A program made the position numbers and the translations under genes. The notes beneath the pieces were generated by a model. The model did no database searches, had not been told where the DNA came from, and saw only the letters and a list, made by a program, of their open reading frames with translations. From Gordius albopunctatus (lineage: Eukaryota): a DNA stretch of 64,000 bases. Each line of letters starts with the position of its first letter. Within the stretch, counting starts at the first letter, position 1. Positions 52,622 through 64,000 of the stretch are shown here, piece by piece. The stretch covers positions 11,346,001-11,410,000 of the forward strand of contig OZ193909.1 in assembly GCA_964276515.1 (NCBI GenBank), given 5' to 3'.

Positions 52622-52783
52622 CATGGGCGTAGCCATGGGGTGGGGGGTAGGCAGGACCGGCTGCCCCCCCCCCTCTAAAGCCACGAATTTGTTGAAATTT
52701 ATTTAAATTATGGCTAAAAATTCGAGATGTGATTATTTTGCCCCTCCCTAGATCATTATTGTCCCCTGCTGGCTACGCTCATG
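52622..52783. mobile_element. hAT-type MITE
   Basis: TIRs CATGGGCGTAGCCA / TGGCTACGCTCATG; flanks ATTATTGA / ATTGATGA. Confidence 0.75.
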
Positions 52784-55700
52784 ATTGATGATTTAGAACA
52801 TAACCTGCGACTCTTGTGTACCATGGAATAGTTCATTTATAAATGTAATTGTTCATTTATAAATATGTTGAAAATTTAATCGTCATATTGATTGAAAAAT
52901 CAAGAAAAATTCAGTCTAATATTTAAATGATAATTATTTTTTAATCCCCAAACGTGCCCAAAATTATTATTCTCAAATTATGAAATTGTTCTGCGTGTTT
53001 AACACATATTGTGAGTGACAATTCATATTTAGATAGTTTTGCTTATTATCTGAGAAAAAGTGTGATATTAAAATGTAGCAGAAGGTAAAGGTTATCGAAC
53101 CGAAAATTATTTTTTAAATAGTCCTCCATTTCTACTAAAAATGTATCCGAAATATCTGAAAAGCAATTTTATGTCAGCTCTGAAATTAAAGCCGCAATTT
53201 CTACGAAATTGTTTGTCGTGCATTTAATTTAAAAATCATATTGAACTTCTAAAAATAACTTATAATTATTCTCTTATGACTCGATCGTATTTAATGCCTA
53301 CAACGTATAAGTCGACATTGTCTTAGGTGTTATTAGCTGAATAGAACCTGCAAAATTTGTTATCCACGGCATGATGCTTTTTAATTTTGCTTGAGAAAAA
53401 CTATACATAAGGACTTTTATAGCGGGCCTGGCTAGCCCATCAGAATACACTTTCTCAGGCCCCTCCCTAAAGTTTTCTGTGGCCAAATTGGTTTTTGAAG
53501 GTCCCTTATTTAAGGATAGTTTTAAAGCTAATTTTATTCTCACATTATATATAAATATTTAATTTATCATTCTTTTTTACGAACGTAAATTGCAAAGGCT
53601 TAAATGTATTTTCTATCTATTGATAATTTGTGTGGAAATATATCTTTAGTTCATCTTTCATTTCCTCCAATAAGAAACTAGTTCAGTTTTAAGCTTTTAA
53701 TTTAAAGGAACTGGTCCCAATCCCTAAAAATTCTTCTTCAATGTAGCTAATAATAAAAACAATATTAAATCAAATATTGTCGCATTATGAAACTCAAGCT
53801 CAGTCGAAATATTTTCTAGGGTCTGGCGAAATAATTGATGGATCTTGAGGAAATCGAATTTGAAAGTTATCCAAACTTTGTTATATGAAATCGAAGAAGC
53901 AGTAGAATAAATATGTACATACGATTCAGTTAAATTATTTTTACAAAAGCTCTGCCTATGAGCTAGTGATTACCAAAACCTAGGTTTTTACAACGCAAGG
54001 CTGAAGACCTTTAAGCTCTTAACCCGGGGTTGGGGTAAAGTTGACCTGGAGATAATGTTTTGTAGTATATAGGTGAAATAAGAATATATCATTTTTTATA
54101 TAATATATTTGTTTTTTGGACAAAATGAAAAATTCTTTAAATATATTAATTTAAATCAAAAAGAAAATGTTTTCATATTATTATATGTTAATTTAGAGAA
54201 AACGCCATCTATTTTCGAAAAAAAACATATTATTGCATTGTGCAAGAGGCTGGATTGGATTGTATGAGCAAATCAAGTTTTTCCATGAAATCATACTTAA
54301 TAAAATTGATGAAAACATCCTTTTTATGGATTTGATGTGAGCTGAAGTGCTATCGGTTATTAGAATAAATTGTTGAGGTCACGATTTCTTTTGTCTGCAA
54401 TTGTTTGCAAAACAAAGTCATATAGCCGAAAAGAAATGTTTATTACTATACAAGAGAGAAATACAATACATTTAAATTGGTATAAAATAGCAACGTTGCA
54501 ACCTTTGTTTTAATCAAGCTACGCCTAAAGTTTCAAGAGCTGGCTATAGGGCGTCTTGAGGCTGAATATTATTGAAACAGTGTAGTTTTTAACTTTTATT
54601 CTTACGTTTACTTTAAATTAGTAATAATATTTTCATGATATAATCATTAGGCTTAATCAAGCTTCCTTTGACAAGCGAATTATACAATGGAAAAATATAC
54701 GCTGGATACTTTTTGCTGAAACGCTTTGGGAAAAGACACAGAATTTCTAGACTTTTAAGGTATCTATGTGTAACTTTGATTATTTTTAACTTATTTAATA
54801 AATTATTTTATGTGAACAAAGGCCATGGAGGAAAGATATTTTGGGTTGCCTCTGAATAAGTGCCTAGATTTAATAAAGTCTGTAAATTTTATGCGTATAT
54901 ACATTTTTCTAAAAGATCTCGCAAAAGACTTGTAAAGGAACGACAGACTCCTTGTTCTTAAAAACTTATAGGTGTGCATGGTTAAAAAATTTAGGCCATT
55001 TATCCAAGCAGGGCTTAGATTAGATAAAGTTTATATTGAGTTAGAGCAAATCCTAATACCTGCTAATATTAAATAAAATTTAATATTTTATTATTTCAAT
55101 TTAAATTGTTAAACATAGAATTCCCATCACAATTATATATCGTCTCCTAATTTCAATTTTAATTAAGAGGAAAAAATGTTTTAAATTTTTTTAAGCACTA
55201 TAATAACGTGGTGGTGTAGATGTATATATAGAAGTATTAGAGTTCACTTTATTAAACAATAATTTTAAGTTAAAATATTACAATTAATCAATGAAACTCG
55301 AAATTTTGGATTTAACGATATTTATTTATAATAAATCGATAAAATAAATTTTATACTTGAAATATGTATCGTGAATTAGCTTAATTAGTATTTTAATTTG
55401 AAGACTAATTAAACCTACTCACTGCATTTTTATTAATTTTCATGTGGGGTGGGGTTCGGGTTTAAAATATGAAAAAGCGGGTCGGGTTAATGGGTCTACC
55501 TAGGCTTCAATCTAGAAGGGCCAATAATGATTTAAGGGGGGGGGGTTGAATAATAATATTTTATTAAATTATTTTCTGAGAATTTTTAGATTTAAATGGC
55601 TGCAGCCGCCACTCCCTCACTTCCACTGGCTACGCCCATGGTCCGGTTCATGTTGAAGAGTGACTATGCACTCCAGTCCATTACCCCTACCTAATTAACG

Positions 55701-56183
55701 TGTCACACTAATGAAAACATATTGCGGAGGACTTGAGATTAACAAAACTTTAGACCAATATAAATTTATGATAATCATATAATTGATACTTCAATTTGAA
55801 GTGGTCACTAAGTTGTCAATACAATGTTTGGACCTGGGCCAAAATATTTAATTTCTCAATAACAATAAACAATATCCCCAAGGCTGCTTGTAAATAATTA
55901 AGGATGTGGAAGGAAATAAGGAATAAATTCTATTATTTAATGTCACCGGCTATTACCTCATGATGCACAAGCAAAGATGTATAGCACCAAAGTGCTTCAT
56001 ACAGGCAACCTCAGTTTTTTATCTCCCCACCATCATTTAAGTACCCTTTGAAGATAAGTGTTGAAGACAATATCTTTTCCCGATCAATTGTGTCCACCTG
56101 ATTTGACCGGTTTTTAATGGTTACGATTGCGCAAAGCTTTTTTAATTTTTGAAACATTTTATGGTTTTAAGTTCAAAATTCTA

Positions 56184-59100
56184 ATGCGTACATATATCTC
56201 AAAGCCAATTATCTTGATCATAATCCTAATAATTCCTGCAGTATTGGGCAATTTTAGTTTGGTTATATATAGTAAGTATTTATGTATATTTGGTGTAGAA
56301 AATTTAATATATCGTAATTTACAATAATAAGCTATGTTCAATTATATTTATAAATTGTTTTTCGCATTTTAAGGATTACTGAATCGATACAATTCGGAAG
56401 CGCAAAAATATAGAAAATTAATTGCCGCACTTAGTTGGAATTTCACTATAAACCTCAATAATGCCAATGAAGAAAAATTGAAAAATGCTACTTTGGAAAA
56501 AGAACTATTCGATAATAAGTGGAAAATTCGTTTTCTAAATTACAAACACAAACTGCATTTATTAGATTCATACTCATTAGGATTAATATTGAAGATTCCC
56601 TATAATCCATCAATACAAAACGTAGCCTCCCTTAAGTATGTATCACATTAAATCAACTGTTTGGCATATAATACATTAAATGACAACAACTTAAAAGCAT
56701 TTTAAGTATTTATTTAAAGAGTTTAAATATTATGAGATAGGGTACACAACTCAAAAATAATTCCGGTCTTTTTAATATTGTCAATCCCACAAAGTTTAAA
56801 TGAGTTCGATGGTCTTTTGAAAACCTCATAATATAAATTTTTTTTGGGGGGGGGGATTAATGCTTGACGAACCCTGGAGACATTTTTGAAGATATGTCGC
56901 TTTGACATCCTGATTGCCAAATGCATTTAGTATTTATGTCAAAATTAGGACACTTGTCCGCACATTTTTGTCATTATTTTTACAAAATTTACTCAACTTG
57001 ATTAACCCTCAATTTTCACGCTCAATAAACTAACAACGTTTGACCATTATAAATATCAAACCTTCATAAAAGTGTTTAAATGTCTTTTAATTGGAGCCAA
57101 ACGGACTTACCTAAATATTTTCCTACTTTTTCAAATCCGATTCACAGAGCACATTATCATAATTTTAATATTACATTTTTTAATGTCTTCAACCCTTATT
57201 TATATTAATAAAAAGAACGTAGGGAATTTTATCGGGGCATTAGGAAAAGGAAAAATGTGGGAGGTCGGTCCCATACAATCTTGCATATATTTGGGGGATC
57301 ATAAACTTCATCAGTTTATGATCTGAGATTCATGGGCGTAGCCAGGTTTGGATTTGGGGGGGGGGGCAAGACATAATTTTTTTAAAGGTTTTTGGTTTGA
57401 AATTATTTTGTCATGCAGGGGGGTGGGGGGGGGGGGGCCTTGGCTACGCCCATGCTGAGATTTGATTCATTAACATCTCAAATTTTATTAGAACAACTAA
57501 AAAACCATACAATTTTAATGTTTTTTGTGAATACTGTTTATATATGAATTAACATAGTCAATATAAATCATCAAAACGAGCCCTGTTAAAAGCGTATGCC
57601 AATATAAGAGTGATGCGCAAGTCCTTTACCTGTCCCTACAATTTTAACCCTGCGCTTCCTCCCTACACCGTGCAATACGTGAGACTGACGTGTAGTTGGG
57701 AGCAGCATAGAATAGGGCCCGAATTGGAATTGAAAAATTTGTATGCGAAAATGGCAAAATCTTATGCCAAATGTTGTTCTACCAGTCTATCAAGTTTTTC
57801 AATTGAAATGTTCATTAATAATTTTTTAAAGATGGAAATGGACCCAATTTCGCTCCTCCCCATATCGATGATATTATTAGGAAAATAAAGCCTTTTTACA
57901 CCCTGCTTCATGCTTACACTCGGGACAGGCTGCAAAAATATTATCATTTGCAATACTATGATATGATACCACTCCAACTGACAGGTTATTTAACCTTTTA
58001 CGTATGTAATCAAAATAACTTAAACTGAATTTGTATTTAATTCTTACAGAAAATGCGTGGGGTCAAAATTGGGAAGGCGTTACATCCAAGATATTTCCAA
58101 TAAAATCCATGACTTATAAAACATTAGTGGATACGGTTATAAAGACAAACAATTTTTCTATCGAGGCATTGACAATTAATTGTGAGGACTATTACAAAAC
58201 TATAAATTTTCCCAAATTACCTCAGCAATTTTGGAAAAACTCCATCTTCTCTCATCCCAAAAATGCAAATTTAAGTTCTTGTTACCCATCGGCGTGGAAC
58301 ATGTTTAATAATAATGATTTTAGGTATCCTTCTATAACATAATTTTTATAAAATTATTCCTTTTTACAGTTTTCCAAAAAATTTAATCTTCTGTTTTCCT
58401 AATATTTTTAGGATTATGTTTTGCCAAAAAGTTTCTCTATCATCTTGGTCTAATTTGTACCACGAATTGGGCCACGTGTATTACTACATGGCTTACAAAA
58501 GCCTCCCCGTCGTTTTACGCATGTCCCCAAATCTAGCATTGCACGAATCGATCGGGGATACTATAGCTTTATCAGCATTGTCACCATGGAATCTTATAAG
58601 ATATGGGTTTCCAAACTCGCAGATCGACAACGAACAAGGTTTTAACAATTACACCGAGGGGAAAGAGATATTAAATATTTTTTAAAATCTAAGTTTAATT
58701 TATGATTTATCGCTGATTATATAGGCCTAATATTAAGTTGTAAGTGCTCGTGTTTGTAAATTTCTTATTATGTTTAGAGATGGAATTTTTACTATTGCAA
58801 GCTTTGAAAAAAATTCCCCTCTTTATGTTTGCTTACGCTCTCGAAGATTGGAGATCTCGGGCATTGAGTGGAAAATTGAACGAATCGCATTATAATTCGG
58901 CTTGGTGGGCGCTTGTAGCAAAATATCAGGGATTATCACCACCCATATCGAGAAGCGAACAAAACTTCGATCCTGCCTTCAAATTCCACGTAATAAAAAA
59001 TCAAAACTTTTTGGAGTATCTGCAATCAACCGTGATTCAATTTCAATTGTTTAAAGCTTTGTGCTCACGAGATGGTAAAAATGCGAAAGTCCCGCTTCAT

Positions 59101-59573
59101 AAGTGCGATTTAAAAGGGTCCAAAAGAGCCGGAAACATTTTATGGTAGATTATATATAGCTCATCAAACATAATTTGTTTAAAATGACTAACGTATAAAG
59201 GGTACCTTTATAATCTATTTACAAAGATGAAATATTTACAAAATCTCGTGTATTAACAGTCCAAATAATATGAAAATATAAAAAAATCAAAGTTAAAATT
59301 AATTTATAAAAAAAGAATGCATAATTGTTTTAAAATATTTTTAGAGTGATTAAACATTTTACAACGCTTTAACAAAACGAAATTTATCATCTTTATTGAC
59401 TTTTTAGGAATACCATGAAGTTGGGAAATCAAATTACATGGCAAGACGCATTATTTAGCATTACTGGAAAATCGAATTACGACATAGAACCGCTTTTAGA
59501 TTATTTTAGGCCACTCATCACACACCTGGAAACCATTATCAGTCAAAATAAGATAAAAATTGGATGGTCATAA
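56184..59573 (+). CDS. Soluble single-domain angiotensin-converting-enzyme-like peptidase (M2 family); 8 exons, ~587 aa
   Basis: Exons 56184-56271, 56374-56635, 57558-57784 (or 57793), 57832-57984, 58050-58323, 58412-58638, 58778-59144, 59408-59573. Signal peptide; motifs PFYTLLHAY, ENAWGQNW, FWKNSIF, CYPSAW, HELGH, HESIGD, YNSAWW...YQG, FDPAFKFH, QFQLFKALC, LDYFRPL, IGW; no TM tail. Confidence 0.9.
57331..57454. mobile_element. hAT-type MITE in ACE-like intron 2
   Basis: Perfect TIRs CATGGGCGTAGCCA / TGGCTACGCCCATG; perfect 8-bp TSD CTGAGATT. Confidence 0.9.
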
Positions 59574-59703
59574 ACAGATTTTACCGACGTTTTGAGGGCT
59601 TTTATTGATTTTTGAAATACCAAATATATAGATGATGTATTTATTTTTTAATAAATAATATTTTAATAATCAATAAGAAATACATTTTAGCCAAAATATA
59701 AAT

Positions 59704-60244
59704 TGTCGATAGAGCTTAATTTTATTGACGAAAAATCGAGTATATATTACACAACTTTATTTATATGATAAATAAAGAAGGTCTGTGTGTTAATTACAAT
59801 ATATAGTAAAGTGAACCAGAATAAAAAATAAATTTTCCTCTGGCCTAAAACCTAATTTTAACCATATTATTGGGAATGGGCAATAACATTTTCCGTTACA
59901 TTAAAACAATTTTTGTGCAAAATATTATGATGTGTCAACTATGTCACTAACATTTGTCTTTGGTTTTAATTTGATTATAAGAATGTGTTCAGCGGGTCAA
60001 AGGATAATTGAATTTGTATTATAGAACTATGCTGCTATATTTTTGTTTACTTAATATCCTAAATTTGCTAACTAAAACTACGCCAAATAAAATAATTTAT
60101 TTACAAGATCGAAAATATAAAAACAGCTGATACAAATATATAAAATATCGTCAATACGTTACACCATCGATAATCAATTTTTTATATAATACAAATGTTA
60201 GTTATAATACTAATCCCCGCATGGAAAGGTTACAGATCCTTACA
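59704..60244 (-). repeat. Candidate 3' LTR of the gypsy element
   Basis: Minus-strand purine tract GAAAGAATGAGG followed by TGTAAGG at 60244. The left boundary is a guess because the partner LTR lies outside the window. Confidence 0.35.
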
Positions 60245-63200
60245 CCTCATTCTTTCAAATTGAGGGACCACCAGGTCGTGCTGTCCCGCCCTGGAGTATT
60301 TCCTAATAACGTCGTCTCTTCCTCCGGGCTGACCACGACCTGACTGGTGTCCATTCTAACCACTTCCACACGTACAGGTTCCGTAGTCGTCAAGGTGACT
60401 ACCGGAGCTATCGACACCACCGACGCTACCGGCGGTACCGTCCTCTCCTGCCTTGCTTGCCTAAACGGGATTACTCGCCTACACATCGGCATTCGATGCC
60501 AGCTTCGGCATCCCTACAAAAGGCTCTAGTTTGCCTTATCGCTGTCGGCTGTCCTGCCTGCGGACAACGTGACGACCTCCTTCTTTCTTCCGCCCTCGCC
60601 ACGGGACGTATCTGGCGATTTTGAGGGTTTTGCGTCGTATTCGCTCGGGCTGCGCGCGGGGTCACATTCTGACGATGCACCCGGTCAACTCGTCCAGCTA
60701 AGCTCCGAGCTTGGCCACGGTGTCTGGGTACCGTGTTGCTCTGCCTACCCGCATTAGGTTTAGCTGCTTCCTGACGTGTTGTCCGTCTGTGTCTACCCGC
60801 CGTCCTTTCCTCCGTACGGGTGTTTTCGTGACCCATGCTAACGTAGGGTTCCATTTTCTGTCGTTCTCGGACCTCGAAAATGATCAGTCTCGTCCGTCCC
60901 CTTCGCTCGTGGTCAAGTGCTCTCAAGCGCACCTCTACGATCACCCATTCGGTTCTATATTCCATCTAGATAAAATATAAAAAGATTACTATATTAATCT
61001 AGAGCGTAACTGTTCCACGTGTCGCACGTGTCTACCCTGAGAAGCTAGCACTTCTATCTCGTACATTTTAGTACCTTTCTGAGATAGGATCTTAACCTCT
61101 AACCATTTTTCATTCCCTATATAATTACGCGCCCACACAGCATCACCGATTTTAAATTTAGAATCGCCCTGTGATCTGGTGTCGGATTGCGCTGACTTTA
61201 ACATCGTATCAACAGGCTTGTGTGGCAAACGGCCCAGGAATATCTCGCTAACCGGTTGTCGAGAAGGGAACCTTGGTGCGACGTTGTGGTAAAGTCGATA
61301 AAGCCAAGTCCCGTCCTTTTCGACCTTAGCGTTCTTCAACCATCGTTTCACCACACCAACGTGACTTTCCGCGAGTCCATTCGTACTCGGATGATACGGA
61401 AGGGTAAGTAAATGCTGTTTTCCCCATTTACTACAAAATTGTTTGAACTCAACGCTGGCAAAAGCGGTGCCGTTGTCTGATACTATCGTCTTCGGTATAC
61501 CATACGCACCTGCAAGGTTTTTTAAGAAATCGACCACTACTTCCGTAGATAACTTGTTCACTTGTTTATATTCGACCCAACTCGAATGTACATCTACGAG
61601 AATAATATATCGCTTTTCTTCAAAATCAAAGAAGTCCACGTGTACTCTTTCCCAAACTTTTTTTTGGACGGCCATCTCGCCTTCTTGTCGTGTCTTAGCG
61701 TCATGGCAAGTTTTCCGCATTGCCCGCATAGTCCCACGAACAAGGTAATATCTCGTGATATCTTGGGCCACCAGACGTGTCTTTTCGCTAGACCTTTCAT
61801 CTTAGCTATGCCCGTATGACCGGCATGAAGTAATTCTAGTACTTGAGGTCGCAACACAGACGGAATTACTATATTTTTGTTGCGTAGTAACACGTTGTTG
61901 TTGACCTCTAGTTCGTTTATTAAGCTTTGATAAGTAGCTGGTAACGTTTCTAGTGTACTCTTCCCCGCCAAGTAATTCAACACCAAAATTAATTCTGGAT
62001 CCCCTCGGACTAATTTTGCAAGATCGACATCTCCACAATTTTCTGTTATTAAGTTTACTTCTGCGAAGTTTTCGCCTTCTAACTCTTCGAATGTTAGGCC
62101 ATCATTATCGTTTCCCAATCTTGATAATGTGTCCGGCAAGTGATTTGACTTACCTTTACGGTATTTTAAGGTTGCATTAAAATTTCCCAGCGCCAATAAC
62201 CATTTTTGCAGCCTCGGACTTAACAATAGATCCCTATTGTCCTCTGCAAAAAGTGATACCAGCGGTTTGTGGTCGGTAAAAATATCGAAACTTCGACCAA
62301 TTAAGTATTCACGGCAACGAGTCAAACTCACTACCACCGCCAAAGCTTCCTTTTCAATCAGTGAGTAATTAAGTTCGGCTTTGGAAAATTTCCGTGAAAA
62401 GTATAGTATGGGGTGTTCTTCCTCACCGATTACATGTACTAGCACACCGCCTACACTTAGCTGTGACGCATCCACCGCTACTGCAAATGGTAGATCGGGA
62501 ACAAAGCATGTCAGAACAGGACCTTTCGTTAAAATATTTTTTAACGCGTCGAACGCTTCCTGCTCTTTGGTCCGCCATACAAATTTTACTTTGTCCGTCG
62601 TCTAAAGTATAAAGGTGCCGCTATCTCCGCGATGTTAGGCATAAACTTGTTGTAATAGTTCACCGACCCCAGAAAGGATAGTGTCTCTTATTCTGAGGTG
62701 GTCGCATTTTAAGGATCAGATCCACTTTGCTTTGTAAAGGACGAACGACTCCATTACCCAATAGATGTCCCAAATATTTTAGTTCACTCACTCCTATGAC
62801 ACATTTACTACGCTTTACCCGTAATCCTCGTTCCTGGATTGGTTCCAACACTGCCAACAAGTTATTATCGTGCTCCTTCATTGTAGCTCCCACTACAAGA
62901 ACGTCGTCTGAGTAGTAAAACACACCAGAAAGACCCTGAAATATTGATGCTATGGTCTTCTGAAACACCGGCGCACTTAGGCTGAGACCGAAAGGCAGTC
63001 TTTTAAACGCGAACAAGCCTAAAGACGTATTTATTGTGGTCAACTTCGACGAGCAGTTATTTAACTTGATCTGGAGGTAAGCGTTAGCAAAGTCCAGCTT
63101 ACTAAAATATTTTGCACCTTTCAGATTTGCGAAGATCTCTTCTATTCTGGGTAGGGAGTACTTTATTTCTACTACCCACTGGTTATCAGAAACCCTGTAA

Positions 63201-64000
63201 TCCGCGCAAAGACGCAAGCTGCCGTCGGGCTTTTTGACGGGTACCAGTGGCGTAGACTATTCGCTATATTCCACCGGCTCGATTATCCCTTGCTCTACCC
63301 ATTGTAGCAAGATGGCTTCTACTTTCTCCCGCCAAACAAATGGTATTCATCTCGCTGGCCAAAACCTTGGTATAGCGTCTAGCTTCAGTAGGATATCATA
63401 CTCGTATCCCCTTAGGCATCCAAGTTCTTCTATAAAAATAGACTTGAACCTTTCCATCCTCCGCTGTAGACTTCCTGACCAACTATTCAGGGACCGGACT
63501 GCATCGCCACCACTCATAAGATTACGAGTGTCGGTAGAAGATGTCGATTGATCCTCCGACTCCACTTTTACCGATAGTCCGTTTATCTCGGCTCCGAGAG
63601 AGGTAGACTTTAGAGCCCAAGCCATAAATGGCATCCTTAAGGGGTTCTTACCTACTCCGCCGAAATCTTTTTCACCCTTTTCCTGTGATCCACTACATTG
63701 AATTTTCTTGCACAAGCCAAACCAATTGTTCAACGGCCCTATCACCTTAAGCCATTCCCACCCTAATATTGGTCTAAACTCGACGGACGTAATATACAAG
63801 GGCAATATTAATTTCTTACCTCCCACCTCTACCTCAGCCTTAATTTTTCCCACTATTTATATTTCGCCCCCGTCTACCTGCCTAGCCCTGATATTTGTTT
63901 TATCCCATTTCCGTTTAGGCCAGGTCGACATGAATCTTGTTACACTTATTAGCGATATGGTGGCTCCACTGTCTCCTAACCATTCAATTACCTTATTGTC
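60245..64000 (-). mobile_element. Ty3/gypsy LTR retrotransposon pol (PR-RT-RH-INT), frameshifted; continues beyond the window
   Basis: Protease GDSGATIS (~63950-63976); RT RLCADYR, FSKLDFANAYLQ, RLPFGL, YSDD; RNase H DASQ, YSLIEKEALA, TDHKPL; integrase H..HTGIAKMK..C..C, VHVDFF, IVSDNG, YHPSTNGLAE, RHVEQLR. Several frameshifts. Confidence 0.95.

Noticed and set aside
52800..56100. Short ORFs (53298-53543, 54668-54859) as genes
   Set aside because: No motifs, splice structure or canonical start support; probably intergenic or decayed TE sequence.
62900..62920. YSDD as a novel RT active site
   Set aside because: The element has several frameshifts, so a post-insertion mutation of YLDD is the simpler explanation.

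Overview
This is AT-rich eukaryotic (invertebrate-type) genomic DNA with GT-AG introns, many only 37-47 nt long; the species cannot be determined from the sequence alone. Five host genes were reconstructed by hand. (1) A single-exon 94-aa secreted Cys-rich peptide with a ShKT-like framework (2632-2916, +). (2, 3) Two tandem 8-exon secreted single-domain M14B carboxypeptidases (11367-25642 and 26731-32048, -). (4) An 11-exon PRP31 (45035-52018, +). (5) An 8-exon soluble, divergent ACE-like M2 peptidase (56184-59573, +). Most of the rest is transposon-derived: RTE LINEs (one full-length with a 16-bp TSD, one nested antisense inside another), a CRE-like LINE fragment, hAT derivatives and MITEs with 8-bp TSDs, Helitrons, a DINE-1/HINE-like element, two Ty3/gypsy elements and a MULE transposase remnant. 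The most unusual structure is a 21 x 145-bp near-perfect tandem array next to the MULE remnant. Its unit reads on the minus strand as a 51-nt frame-preserving exon plus an intron. No CRISPR array, rRNA or intact tRNA was seen. All family assignments come from motif recognition by eye, not from database searches.
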